The notes under the pieces are model-generated. The model saw only the letters and a list, made by a program, of their open reading frames with translations. It had not been told where the DNA came from and searched no databases. A stretch of 63,939 nt of DNA, filler included, from Aduncisulcus paluster (taxonomy: Eukaryota): NCBI GenBank assembly GCA_024181965.1. It is 17 parts of 17 records of this genome, joined end to end, with 100 filler letters (N's around TTAATTAATTAA, not from the genome) between each part and the next. Parts side by side here need not be neighbours in the genome. Positions count along the whole stretch, not along the records: positions 1 to 8,669 come from BQXS01010185.1; positions 8,770 to 11,665 come from BQXS01010186.1; positions 11,766 to 19,099 come from BQXS01010187.1; 14 more parts are not named here. One strand, written 5' to 3'. The position numbers and the translations under genes were made by a program. Shown piece after piece: positions 1-12,655 of the stretch; position 1 is the first letter of the stretch; each line of letters starts with the position of its first letter.

Positions 1-2
1 AC

Positions 3-281
3 GGCACTAAACGGTGTTCGCAGAGTTTTGAGACGGATTTCCTTGAGACTCAGAGGGCGATCATTGAGGATATCTTGCGAGTGGAAGAAGAGGCCAAGCG
101 TAAGGTTCGGTTGAAAGAGCAGAAACGTCGGGAGCGGGCGCATCTTCTGAACCCTGTCCAGTGGCGACGGGAGAGAGAGGAGAAGCATCGAGAGCTTGAG
201 CAGAGATCTGTTCATTTCCGTCTCTCCAAGCAACCTATCAAATCTGATCTGAAATCGCATGACATTGACAATGTGCGTTGA
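3..281 (+). CDS. C-terminal part of a charged/coiled-coil hypothetical protein (5'-partial)
   Basis: Frame is open from the window start to TGA at 281, E/R/K-rich, and followed by an AT-rich intergenic region. Confidence 0.55.
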   Translation, partial: GTKRCSQSFETDFLETQRAIIEDILRVEEEAKRKVRLKEQKRRERAHLLNPVQWRREREEKHRELEQRSVHFRLSKQPIKSDLKSHDIDNVR

Positions 282-1176
282 GATGAGATGGTGAGATGAG
301 ATAGTGAGTTTGGGAATGTGAATGGATTCGACCTTTACCTTTAATCTCTATTCTCTCTTTTTCTTCTTTTATTCAATAGAATGACGTTATTTAGAATCAA
401 ACTCTGTTTTGGGAATTGTTAACATTCGATCTATCCATATTATCATATATTATTATCACGTCAGTGAATTATTACAGTTCAACAATGAACAAAAGCTTTT
501 GTCAATCAAAGTAAAAATCTCTCCAAACACTCATTCTTTCGTTGTTGTTCTTGGGGTTCTTTAGGATTATTGGCATTCTTATGATGCTTGCGATACTTAT
601 GATTTTCCACTCGAATATCTCCAAGTTCCCACGCCATGAAGATTACTCTCACCAAAAAAGATGATAAAGATATTATATATTCATATATTCATATATTCAA
701 AAAAAATCAACTATCATCGAATTTTACAAAAGTTAACAAGGGAAAAACACGATTTTAAGATATGAATTTCTAAAAATAGAAAATCTAAAAATAGAATCGT
801 ATTTTTCAAAATCATCTTATTTGGGCTGATTTATGATTTTATGCCCCTACAAACGAGAAATATATTGCAGATGACACAATCATTGGGAAAGAATTCGAGA
901 TGGTTGGAAAGTTGGCTGTGATTGATTTGGGAAAGACAACCAAGCCAATGCAGACTAATAATATGACATAGCGTGTTATATATCCAAGGATATCTCAATA
1001 TTGGATCGATTTTGTTGGATTTTTTTGTAATTATTTCTTTAATTATAAAAAAAATATTAGAATATAACTTTTTAAAGCTTCAACACACCCATTTAAATTT
1101 CCATGAAACAAAACAAGTTTAATGAAAACATCCTCATTTGTGCCGAAATGATTCATCTTCAACCTTTTGAACATTC

Positions 1177-1187
1177 TATATATATAT

Positions 1188-1218
<31 letters not shown>
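1177..1218. repeat. (TA)n microsatellite
   Basis: Interrupted TA run directly visible just beyond the stop of the minus-strand gene. Confidence 0.9.
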
Positions 1219-1221
1219 AAT

Positions 1222-3534
1222 TCATAGCTTTGTATTTGTATGTATTGAGATATAAGGTCCTTTATCTACCACCGAAGCATAATATCGAATTGATGACAAC
1301 ATTGCCTTCACTAATTTCTTGATTTGATTTGCCTGGTCTTCTGCAATAATTCCTCTCCAAGATCGTCTTGGAACTCCCCCTCTGGTCTCTTCAACACACA
1401 TTACGAGAGAAGTCTTGGGGGAACAAAATCTCTTAGAACCACGCATGAATGGAATAGGAATCCAACATATATCATGAAATGCTGACTTATCACACCCGTC
1501 AGGAGGTGGATTAAGCTGAGCAACAAGAAGAACCACTCCATTACGCTCAATCGGTCCATCCAAAGTACTTGGCGGTGCAGAATGTAAAGAAGCCTTGACA
1601 GCAATTCCAATCTCTCCAATTTTGAAAGGTGGCTGAAATGGATCCTCTTCAAAAGGAGGAATAATATATTGAGGAAATTTATAAGCAATAAAACAGGTAA
1701 GAGCCCAAACAATGCATATAATTTCCATTGGATAGCTGTAGAGGGTTTCAATGACAGACTTCGAGAGAGCTCTTTCGAATTCAACTGAAATGGCATCACT
1801 TTTGGTGTTTCCATACCCAGGGATTGGACAGCACCACCAAGAAACTCCTGGTTTAAACCCAACAGAATCCCGAAAATGATTAACATTTTTCCCATCATAA
1901 TAAAAATCAGGTGGAATAATACAAACTAAATCTTTTCCAAACTCAATGGCAAGATTCTGTTTATCAATATATTTTCTGAGGAGTGGTCGCATACTCTCTA
2001 ATCTACTCTTAATCCTGATTACTATTTCTTCAAGACCAGGGCGTTGAGAGATTGAGCCATATATATCTGATTTATCGAGGGATTTATCTATCACCAGCTT
2101 TTTTGAATTCTTTATGACTACTTTAGGATGATGAAATGGACCATCGTGGATATCTTTTCTAATTTCACGTTTTGAAGGCATTGGAAGACATGCAGCCCCA
2201 GTGGAGGAGGGAAGCTCTGAACTAATTGGTCGAGGATCTTTCTCAATTTCCCCAAAATAGTCTTGATGATGTTTTGTATCATCCTCCATATCTATAATAT
2301 CACGATCGAGATCGGATATGACATCCATGGGGGCTTCATCACTCAAGATTGGCCATATATCAAGATTATCTAATCCATCAGCAAATGGATAATCCTTCTT
2401 GACTAAAGACTCTGGATTCTCCTTCTTCATGGGATCAACAGAAAAAACTTCAGCAACTTTTGTACTAATCGAAGGTTGATGTTCAGGAGGGTGTGATATC
2501 GGAGGGTGTGATATCGGAGGGTGAGCTGTTGGCGGTTGTACTGCTGGTGGGTGTGCTGTTGGAAGGTGTTCCTCGATATAAATAGAATGAGAAGAATGAG
2601 AAGAAGGGGGAGAAGGAGAAGACTCCCGAATTGGGATATGAAGACGTGATTCTATCTTTTTAGGTTTCTGATCAATATATTGCCGAAGAGATTCCTCAAG
2701 TTTATACATCTTTTCATTCAATGATAACTCTCTCTTTCTGGCTTCCTCCAACTTTTTCCTTTCCTCTTCCAATTTTTCTCTTTCCTGTTCCAACTGTTGC
2801 TGATAATTCTCTTCAACTCTTCTTCTCTCTTCAATCCATTTTCTTTCTTCTTCCATCCGAACTGTTAATTGTTCATCATGAAATTTCTTTGGCCTTCCTG
2901 TAAACTCTCCACCATTTAAAATCCTATCAATCTCTCGATCACTTGGAGCAAACGAAGAGGACGAAGAATACAATGAATGNNNNNNNNNNNNNNNNNNNNA
3001 TGATAACTCTCTCTTTCTGGCTTCCTCCAACTTTTTCCTTTCCTCTTCCAATTTTTCTCTTTCCTGTTCCAACTGTTGCTGATAATTCTCTTCAACTCTT
3101 CTTCTCTCTTCAATCCATTTTCTTTCTTCTTCCATCCGAACTGTTAATTGTTCATCATGAAATTTCTTTGGCCTTCCTGTAAACTCTCCACCATTTAAAA
3201 TCCTATCAATCTCTCGATCACTTGGAGCAAACGAAGAGGACGAAGAATACAATGAATGTGATATGGAGGGAAGAGTGAACGAGGATTTTGATTTTTCAGA
3301 GGTTGATGAAAATGAATCATCTAGATACTCTCTAGGCTTTCTATATAAGTGAATATCTCGTGAGCTAGATTTGTATTGCTTCGGAGGAGGGCACGCACAT
3401 GAATATAATACTTCGACCTTATGTTTTTGGCTTTGTTGTAAAAGAGAAGCCAATTGACTATTTCCACTTTTTTTGTCCCTTGAACTTGGTTTTAACGAGC
3501 CATATAAGCTAATAATATGACTTTTTTTAGGCAT
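1222..3534 (-). CDS. Hypothetical protein with coiled coil, Pro/His-rich linker and globular C-terminal domain
   Basis: Long ORF. Likely start MPKKSH at 3534, since the upstream extension is AT-rich. The 2721-2979/3000-3258 duplication across the 20-N gap is an assembly artefact. Confidence 0.75.
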   Translation of the reverse strand: MPKKSHIISLYGSLKPSSRDKKSGNSQLASLLQQSQKHKVEVLYSCACPPPKQYKSSSRDIHLYRKPREYLDDSFSSTSEKSKSSFTLPSISHSLYSSSSSFAPSDREIDRILNGGEFTGRPKKFHDEQLTVRMEEERKWIEERRRVEENYQQQLEQEREKLEEERKKLEEARKRELSXXXXXXXHSLYSSSSSFAPSDREIDRILNGGEFTGRPKKFHDEQLTVRMEEERKWIEERRRVEENYQQQLEQEREKLEEERKKLEEARKRELSLNEKMYKLEESLRQYIDQKPKKIESRLHIPIRESSPSPPSSHSSHSIYIEEHLPTAHPPAVQPPTAHPPISHPPISHPPEHQPSISTKVAEVFSVDPMKKENPESLVKKDYPFADGLDNLDIWPILSDEAPMDVISDLDRDIIDMEDDTKHHQDYFGEIEKDPRPISSELPSSTGAACLPMPSKREIRKDIHDGPFHHPKVVIKNSKKLVIDKSLDKSDIYGSISQRPGLEEIVIRIKSRLESMRPLLRKYIDKQNLAIEFGKDLVCIIPPDFYYDGKNVNHFRDSVGFKPGVSWWCCPIPGYGNTKSDAISVEFERALSKSVIETLYSYPMEIICIVWALTCFIAYKFPQYIIPPFEEDPFQPPFKIGEIGIAVKASLHSAPPSTLDGPIERNGVVLLVAQLNPPPDGCDKSAFHDICWIPIPFMRGSKRFCSPKTSLVMCVEETRGGVPRRSWRGIIAEDQANQIKKLVKAMLSSIRYYASVVDKGPYISIHTNTKL

Positions 3535-3776
3535 TATTTTGTAAATGGTTACGCAAGAGTGATTTCTCGTTCTGTAGTTTAATCTAAAATAAAATCCAGG
3601 AAAAATTAACCTTATTATTTTAAATATCTTTAACAATACCCCATTTTCGAAAAAATCAAATTTCCAAGTTTTGTAATACTGAAAATAGAGTTGAAATGCC
3701 ATTTTTCGGGACAACTCAGCAATATATCGAAAATATCTTCACTTATCTTTTAAATCAAGAATCAAATAGTCGTGAT

Positions 3777-6324
3777 ATGCCCAAATCGATGGTGAAAAAC
3801 CCTAGTCATTCAGGTAGTTCGGATTCTTCTTCTATTGCTGATATTGTGTGTTATCTTTCCCATTGTGATAAATTTTTATTATTGTATTTTTATATCTCTT
3901 CTTCTTCATTGGTTGGAAAAAATGAAAAAGGCAAGAAGTTAATTTCTGTACCGAAATCTGCCTTCAAAAGCATTATATTACACATTAAAGATATTGATAA
4001 CCCATATCTTGAAATATCTACAACCAAAACCCCTCTTAGTCTCTATCCCCTCCCCAATTCAAAAGATCCTCCTCACTTAGTTATTAGATCCTGGGGAAAT
4101 CGATTCTCTCAAGCATATTCGATACCCATTGAACTTGATATTCCTATTGAAATGCCTCACGATATTCATCAACCACGTCAACCGCATTCTCATAAACCAG
4201 ATGTATTATATTCGATGAGTGGCTCTTCTTCGTCCTCCAAACCATCTAAATCATCTTATTCTCAACTATTTCAACGAGAAAAAGAAATGTCAATGGATAT
4301 TCAGCCTCCATCTTCAGGATTAATAGTCAGGAAAGTGAAAGTCAAACGTAAGCGTGGAGACAAATCTGGTGAAGTTGTGGATGAACAAATTCTTGGAACA
4401 ATCCCATCTCAGCGATTAATATCGAGCGGCACATTCAGTTTTGAACCCCCTCCGCTCTCCTTATTCACATCTATTCCTGTCACATCTTCCCCTGTGACAA
4501 CCGGTGCCACTGGACCCAGTCTTTTCCCTCACCACTCAGTTAGTCACCCACACACACAGCAAATGACCTCGACTACATTACCACATCATCATTCACAAGA
4601 TGCGTCATCTCTGCATTCGTCATCCAAGATGCCATTTTCACTCCAAAAGAGTTCAATATCTTACAAAGAACATTATAAACAATTTCAATCTTTCTTTCCT
4701 CAGCTTAAGGATATTAGTGGTGAAGACGAAGCTATCATGCTTGAGCTTCAAAAGAATCAAGAGTTTCAGGCCTCTGAGAGACAACATCAACTTGAGCTCA
4801 AACAACCTGGCATCCAACCTCAAGTAGGCTCCACGGGAAAAAATAGTTATAGGGCCAAGCATGACCAGTCAAAACAGAATGGATCCACCCAAATATTGAC
4901 CTCTTTCCCTTCTTCTCCCATTCTTCCATCTTTCACTGACTTTATTGGTGGAATTGTATCTGCAGCGTCTACAACTACATCTCAATCTAAAAATAGATCG
5001 AATGAGAAGAAAAGAGATGATAAATATAGATTTGGCGGTCAACTTTACTCTAGTCAAGGAATTTCTACTCCGATACAACCCCTCCCCGAAAAGTCCAGAA
5101 ACAATGATAGATTTTATTCTTTAGAATCTCATGATTCTTTAGAATCTCATGATTCACAGGATCATTTGAACTCTCCGCCACCTGAAGGGACTGAGATTGC
5201 CGGAAAACCAGAGAAAACGTTGCATTCGGTCGCATCTGAGAAACTCAAATTTGAGCAATATAATCCCCCAAGTCAACCTCAATACATTTCATTTGAGAGT
5301 TTTAAATCAGATAAAATATCCTCAGAAAACCCTGTCTTGGCGGCATCAGCAAAGAGAAATATTATTTCAGTTGTCAAGTCTGAAAAACCTTCTGATTCAT
5401 CCCCACTTGATCACACAAGTCACCCTTCAATGCATACTTTATCCTCTCAACTCAAGGACCCACGTCCTTCTGGTCCTATTAATAGCCAACAGATATCACA
5501 CCACCCTCAATCTTATTCGACAGTACACTCACCGTCTGGAACCGATAGATATCATCCTGGAACCCCGGTTAATACCGAAGAAAATAAGTCCATTCGATGT
5601 GTTGCGACTCAAACCCCCCCTACTTTTGTCTNNNNNNNNNNNNNNNNNNNNTTCTGGTCCTATTAATAGCCAACAGATATCACACCACCCTCAATCTTAT
5701 TCGACAGTACACTCACCGTCTGGAACCGATAGATATCATCCTGGAACCCCGGTTAATACCGAAGAAAATAAGTCCATTCGATGTGTTGCGACTCAAACCC
5801 CCCCTACTTTTGTCTTAACTCTGAGTGAAGTCCCCACTGGAATGACTCTGAGTGATATCCGGTCGTATGTTGCTGCAGCCGGCGCTAGCCGAGGGATGCG
5901 TCTCCCCCTGTTTACAATGAATGACGGCGAGTGCATTGAGATCAGTGAGAGTGATGTCAGTGATTTTTTGAAAGGATGTGAACTTGCTCGAGATATTGAT
6001 GTCAAAAGTGTCAAAGATATTGATGAACATGTAACCAAACGGGTCGATGCTTTATTGTCTGACCAGCTTTTCCCCTCTGCAGTGGCTTCTTCGCCTCAGA
6101 GACCTCCATCATATAATAGACGGTCCCTGCCGCCTTCTCTCATGTCTCGCTTCGATGCTGATTCAGGGTTTGATTCATCGAGTATATTGAGTGGCTCTGA
6201 TGGAGAGCATCAACACAATAGGAGAAGTCTGCAGGAACCACTTGATATCGACGAAATCATACAGGACGATGTATCAGGGCAACCTGAGATTGGAGGAATG
6301 GCTGGTGTTGAGTGCACCAAATGA
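3777..6324 (+). CDS. Hypothetical Ser/Pro/His-rich protein, possible N-terminal PH-like domain
   Basis: ORFs 3696..5666 and 5197..6324 join once the gap-overlap duplication (5468-5631 = 5652-5815) is collapsed. The N-terminal beta-rich segment ends in a helix containing W (IRSW), reminiscent of the PH fold (weak). Confidence 0.7.
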
Positions 6325-6739
6325 GTTGTTTCAACAGATATAATTGGATATAGTTAGATATAATTAGATGTTATCGATAAAATCTTGTATTTTATGCTCT
6401 CTTACAAAATAAATCTTAAGATCTTAATCTTGTCAAATGCTAGTGGATCCAAAATTAAAATTGCTTTAAAAATTGAAATCTTTGCTAATCCTTTCATTTT
6501 TTTTTAAATGAATGTTTTCTAAAATATATATATTCAGGTAGATAATCTCCAAATTCATCGAGGAATTCTATGACGAAATATCACAACAAATAAAATAAAA
6601 ATTAATTGTTTTGGTATATTTACATAAAATATTTGCTATTAAACCTATTGTTTATATTTCACCGCTAACCGACGAAATCACCGCCCCACTCTGAAGTGTT
6701 GTTCAAGATTTCAAATTCTGTTTTTTTTCTGACTAACCT

Positions 6740-8669
6740 ATGAAATTATCATTTATTTGTTTATTTTTTGTTTTAACTGTCGCCTTAGTACAGTGTTCTA
6801 CCCTTGAATTCCTTCCTGCTGACCAATATTATGAGCTCGGTATTGATGATACCTACCGTAACACTGTCATCCCTATTTCCGAAGGTGTTGTGAGTATGTC
6901 TGCTTCTCCCCTTTGGGTTGTGCTTGGGGATGTTACTTGTGAGTCTCCTCGTCTCTGTCTCATCAAAGATAGTGATGGATTCGCCGCCGCTGATTTCAAG
7001 TTCCTTGACTACATGGAGGATTATCCTGAGTGTGTCTCCGGGACCGTTGAGAGTGAATATGCTAAATTCAATGTTAAGGTGAAATATAACGCTTCTACTG
7101 TTAAGACTATCCCTAATGTTGCCACTTCTCAATTTGACCTCAGACAAAAGACTTTCCACCTCTATTGTGGAACCGCTACCACTGACAGCCCCTACACTGT
7201 AGTCAGCCCCACAGCCCTTGATTCTACTCGTGAAACTGTTGGTATTTTCGCCAGGAAAGATATCATGTTATCTTCCTTTGATATGGTGCCTGAATTCAAA
7301 TATGCTTTGGACGATGATGGTGAATCTACTAACTTGCTCGCCGGTCAAACTGTCCCTACCGGTCAGGATTGGAAGTTCACTAACATCCTTCCTTACCAAC
7401 CATTCTGGGTCACCCCTGTCATTCACGACCCCATCAATGGTGATTCTACCTTTGACTTGAACAACATTGGAGAAATTGTTGCCTGTGACTTTGGCAGTCT
7501 TGATATTTCAAGTATGCTTGACGATAATGCTTCTTTCGATCTCGACGAAATCTGCTCTATCGACTCTCCTTTAAACAGTAATAGCACCACCGAATTTGAT
7601 ATGGACTTCCTTACTAGTCTTCTCTTTGATTCTGCTCAAGAGGGTTGTTTGTATTTCCTTGATGATGATGCCACTGAGTACTTGCCTTGTGATCAAGTCT
7701 CTTCTGATATGCTCATTGTCTCCATATTTGCCAATGATGACGGAGAAATGGAATTCACTTCTGGATCTGCCCAGGGTGGTATTGAATTTGGTCTCTCTAT
7801 GATGGATGCTATGGACGGTGGAGACGTTACCGACATTCTCGAGTACGTTGAGCTTTCCATTCCCCCTAGTGTTGCCGCTTATGCCAACCTCACTGAAGAC
7901 GCTGTCTCCCACAGAATCGTTGGTCACATTGCCCTTACTGACTTCCTCAGAAACGGTTCTCTTGACTACTTCCCTGCTGGATCTGAATACTTCGAACTCT
8001 CCTGGAACCCTAACGACCCTATTCCTCTTGGAGACATCACCATTGGTTTCTCTGACGACTCTAAGAACGAATTGGTTCTTACTGTTCCTCTTTCTCTTCC
8101 CTCCACCCTGGATGGTTCTTTGTTCTGGATGCACGAAAAGACTTTCTCTTGTGCTCGTATTTTCGACACTGATACCATGGCTATTATCGGTGCTGGTGCC
8201 TCTTGCTCTTTGGACGGATCTGTCCTTACTGCTTCCTTTGGTACTGACTACAGTTTCAATACCTCCGTCTCTATTGGATTCAAGAATTCTGTTCCCATCT
8301 ACTTCGCCAATGGTGATGATCAGACCCAAGCTTCCACCGTCTTCCCCATCACCTGGGCTGGTGTTGAAGTTGCTTTTCCCTCTATCCCTGATGTTGCCAT
8401 CCCCGAAGATTCTATCACAATTGGTACTTCTGCTAACTACTGTGACGTTCACAAGATCTTCATTGACAAGAGCACCATCACTGGTCTCGCTAGCCGTCCT
8501 CCTACCTTTAAGGTCACCATCAACGGTAAGGAATACTCCTCCACCGCCGCCAATATCTTGATTGACAACTACCTCTCTGTTGGTGACAACTCTGTCTCTG
8601 TGTGTCTCTACGGTATTTGCACAAGTGCTTCATTCACCCTCAAGGCCTTGCCTCACCCCACCTTGACCC
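6740..8669 (+). CDS. Secreted/surface protein with signal peptide, possibly REJ/PKD-like (3'-partial)
   Basis: N-terminal signal MKLSFICLFFVLTVALVQC, acidic beta-rich body, strong codon bias. The 'PDVAI..ITIG...CD...IDKS..TGLASRP' segment resembles the start of REJ-type repeats. Confidence 0.75.
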
Positions 8670-8769
8670 NNNNNNNNNNNNNNNNNNNNNNNNNNNNNNN
8701 NNNNNNNNNNNNNTTAATTAATTAANNNNNNNNNNNNNNNNNNNNNNNNNNNNNNNNNNNNNNNNNNNN
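8670..8769. other. Artificial contig linker; same linker at 11666, 19100, 24672, 28097, 32118, 34726, 37108, 40218, 47291, 49518, 54232, 56282, 58121, 60650, 62262
   Basis: Identical 100-nt N-flanked all-frame stop cassette (TTAATTAATTAA) repeated 16 times. Confidence 0.98.
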
Positions 8770-11665
8770 GGAGAAACGTTTGTCCAAGCCTTTGAGACCA
8801 ATTCCAATCAGATTCTGAACTCTGTTATGACTGAGGTTGGTAAGAAGATGTACAACCGGCTGACCCTTCAGAACAACTTCAAGGCTATGATTACCAGCGG
8901 AAGTAAGGGGAGTACTGTCAACATTGGACAGATTTCTGGATTAGTCGGACAACAGAATGTTGAGGGACAACGTATGTCTTTTATTTTCCAAGGAACAAGA
9001 ACACTGCCTCATTTCCCTGCTTTTTCTCAAGATCCTGAGCACCGTGGAATGGTTAAGAATCATTACCTCAAGGGGTTGACCCCGTCTGAGTTCTGGTTCC
9101 ACACAGCTGGTGGTCGAGATGGTCTTATTGACACTGCCCTGAAAACCTCTGATACCGGATATCTGCAGCGACAGTTGATCAAGAGTCTGGAGGATATGGG
9201 TGTACGTTACGATGGAACGGTGCGTGATTCTGTTGGAAACATTGTGGAGTTTTTGTATGGAGAGGATGGGATGGACGGATCGAGGATTGATGCACAGAAG
9301 CTCCTCTCGTTGAAGGATTCTTCTGAGATTATTAAGAAGAAATATCATATCAATTTCGATGATCTTGATAGAGAGTTTCCTCATACCAACAGTACCATTT
9401 TGGAGGGTATGTATGGTTCTGAGGGCAACAAATCCATTTTCGAGAGTGAGTTCCAACGGCTGTCCGACATGAGAGACAAGATCAGGGATGGGCTTGAGTT
9501 CTTCTACGATGGGTTGAATGCCATTGAGAAACTTGCATTGCCTGTGAATGTTGATAGGCTTATCGCTGTTGCCATGAGATATGATACTGGGAAGAGAAGA
9601 ATGGCCACTCAGCAAAGCAGGGTTAACTCTGATCTCAGTCCCCTTCATGTGATCGATTCCGTGAACAAACTCTTTGGTGTGCCCAATCTATATGCTCAAG
9701 AACAACTTTTAGAGCATGAATGGGTCAAATTGGACAGCCATTCTATCTCTTCAGAACCTCTTGCTAACTCTGGATCAGGAAGTAGTATTCTGAGAGATGA
9801 AAAGGATGAAGAGGAAGAGTTTGAAGACAAACCTTTGCATCTGGTTGAAGAAACATCTATCCATCCAAGCACATACGATGAAACAAGTCGATCTTTCAAG
9901 GGAGCCAAGACTCTTACATCTGTTGATACGCCTGAGCTTGTGATTGTTGGAGAACAAGGAAAAGATAAACTCTTGCGGTATTCACAAAGAATGTCCACCC
10001 TGTTCTCAGAATATAATATTCGGACAAAGCTCAACTCTAAAAGAGTCTGTTCTGAGCTGAAATTGAGTGCTGAATCATTCGATAATCTTATTGGTAGACT
10101 GAAACAGCAGTTTAGAATGGCTATTGTACAGCCTGGGGAGGCTATTGGACCAATCGCTGGGCAGTCTCTTGGAGAACCCACAACACAGATGACACTGAAT
10201 ACTTTCCATTTCGCCGGTTTCTCGAAGAAAAACGTTACTCTTGGTGTGCCTCGTCTTCGTGAGATTTTCCATGTTGCTAAGGCCATCAAGACGCCTGTCG
10301 CTTCAATTCGGTTGAAGTGGAAACCTGAGGAAATCGCTGAACACGGAGAGGTCTATGAAATGAATTACTCATCGTATGAGAAGCTTGCCCGGGCCAAATG
10401 TCGTAATATTCAGACCCAGCTCCAACACACAACCGTAAGTGAACTTGTGTCGAAAGGAGGAGTTTATTATGACGAGGATGATACTGCCACCACAATCACT
10501 GCTGATAGAGCCATGCTTCGGAGTTATTATGAGCTTTTCCCTGCTGATGAGTCCAACAGTCTTCCTGAGTACAGTATATATCCCACAGCCCATAACTCAT
10601 GTCCTCTCGTTCTGAGGTATGAATTCAATGTTGCCAAGATGCATTTCTTGAAGATCACACTTGGGATGCTTGCTATTTGCATATCTGAGCAAATTGGTCA
10701 GATCCTTCGCATTCCCCGTTCATCTCGACTGCCTCTTGACATTAAGTATAGCTCTGAACTCGCTGACACGTATGTGATGCGTATCCGAAGAGTTAGTCAG
10801 AGAGAGGAGGAGGTCACAGTTGATGAAATGAATGAATTGGCCGATGCGATAAGTCAGGTAGCTGTGCTTGGTGTTCCTGGAATCAGTAGAGTTTATACCA
10901 GAAACGAGGAAGTTCCTATTCTTAATAAGAAAACAGGGTGTATTGAGACTCTGAAAGAGTGGATTTTAGAGACCGAGGGTGTTGATCTCTTCTCCATTCT
11001 TGCTTTGGATGATGTTGACCCTACGTGCACGAGTTGCAATGATCTGAATGAAGTGGTGAATGTGCTTGGAATTGAAGCTGCAAGACAAAGCATTATCTGG
11101 GAATGTAAACAGTGTTTCAAGGAATCCAATGTTAACTTTAGACATTTGGGACTCTTGGCCGATCTCATGACTCACCAAGGTCATTTGATGTCCATCGAGA
11201 GACACGGAATCAACAGAAGAGATACTGGACCCATAAAGAGAGCTACGTATGAGGAAATGGTGGAGATTTTAGCAAGAGCAGCCTCTGATGGTATTTCTGA
11301 TGATCTGAATGGTGTATCCCAACGTATCCTTCTCGGAGATGTCATTCCACTGGGAACTGGTTCATTTGATCTCCTTCTTGATGTTGAGAAGGTTATTAGC
11401 GGAAGTAGTGAAGCCGATGCACATATCATGTCGCACCAAGGAATGGATGGTGATGCGTATGCCACGGCGCTTGCATATGACACGGCGCATGATACTGCAG
11501 CAACTGCAATGGTGGACCGGAATGCCGAGGGATTAGATGATATTCAGTTGAGTGGAGATGATGGTATGTTCGGGGCTGACTCTGCTTTCACGGCCACTCA
11601 AACCGCTCTTCAAACCGCTAATGGAGGTATCATCAGTGCTGGTGTTGGTTACACTGGGGCTGAGT
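8770..11665 (+). CDS. RPB1: RNA polymerase II largest subunit (internal fragment, partial at both ends)
   Basis: Motifs VGQQNVEG, RTLPHF, GGRDGLIDTALKTSDTGYLQR (bridge helix), QSLGEPTTQMTLNTFHFAG (trigger loop), NVTLGVPRLREI, HGINRRDTGP. NTFH and the GINR motif favour Pol II over Pol III. Confidence 0.95.
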
Positions 11666-11765
11666 NNNNNNNNNNNNNNNNNNNNNNNNNNNNNNNNNNN
11701 NNNNNNNNNTTAATTAATTAANNNNNNNNNNNNNNNNNNNNNNNNNNNNNNNNNNNNNNNNNNNN

Positions 11766-12655
11766 AACAGAGAGTCACGCAACATCATCGACAACTGGGA
11801 GATGGAGAGGCAAAAATCTTTTGCTGAGCTACCCGACTCGCACAAGGATGTCGATGAATACGTTAAAGACCTCACTGAGAACATAAGGTTAATCCAAGAG
11901 AGAGCCAAAGTTCTCCAACATCATTCCTACGGCGATCCGGAACCAGAAATAGAGAAAGGAGAGTGGATCATCGTCAAGAGATTCCCACCACCCAAAAAGC
12001 TGGAACTAGCATGGATCGGTCCATATCAAGTAATTCAGAAGACAGGAGACAGGGAATACTACGTTAGATCTCCCCTTGGTGCTGAACGTACTGTGCACAG
12101 CCAAGATATCAAAATAGTTCCAGGAGTCTCTAAAACGGGAGCACTGGATGCTATTGCAACTGACCTTGGTTTGCGTCTTCCGCGTGAAGTCCTCAAAAAG
12201 AAGGGCAAGGGCAAGGGATTAAAATTCCTTGTTCGTTGGTATGGACTTCCCGACCACAAAACAACTTGGATGACTAAGAAGGACATTCAAGATTCTGAAG
12301 CTTTCCAACAATTCATGAAACAGCTTTAATCTTTATAACTCTACTGTTATTTACATTTTATATTATATTACTTTTAATTTTTATATTGTCTCATTATTTT
12401 ATATCAATTGATTTCGTTCTGTGGCAAAAATATAAGTCCACCATCTTCTATCAGAAATATCTGAAACTCTTACAACTCGAACTATTTTATTCTATTCTAT
12501 TCTATTTTCTCTATTTTAGTACCTTGATTTGGTATCTAATTCTCCAATGAAAGCTAGATCTTGAGGAGGGAGCTGTCGATGTATAACCGGTAGTTACCGG
12601 CATGTACCGGCTCTAATTCTCGATAATAAATTTGCTAGCCACCCTAAACAGGGTT
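11766..12655 (+). mobile_element. 3' end of a Ty3/gypsy chromovirus: integrase C-terminus, chromodomain, PPT and start of 3' LTR
   Basis: ORF to 12329 with KLELAWIGPYQV (GPY/F motif) and FLVRWYG...TTW (chromodomain). Purine tract GAGGAGGGAG at 12563-12572 is followed by TGT at 12574. Confidence 0.85.

Noticed and set aside
2721-3258. Exact 160-340 bp tandem duplications flanking 20-N gaps (also 5468-5815, 20493-21080, 26043-26576, 43882-44573)
   Set aside because: Each is centred on a fixed 20-N gap and is identical on both sides: unmerged contig overlaps, not biological repeats or DGR template/variable pairs.
7571-8561. Long antisense/alternate-frame ORFs (also 8941..9648, 19152..19979, 40339..40752)
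   Set aside because: Shadows of codon bias and low-complexity sequence in real genes.
8670-8769. Recurrent TTAATTAATTAA motif
   Set aside because: Synthetic linker; genes on either side of it are not genuinely adjacent.
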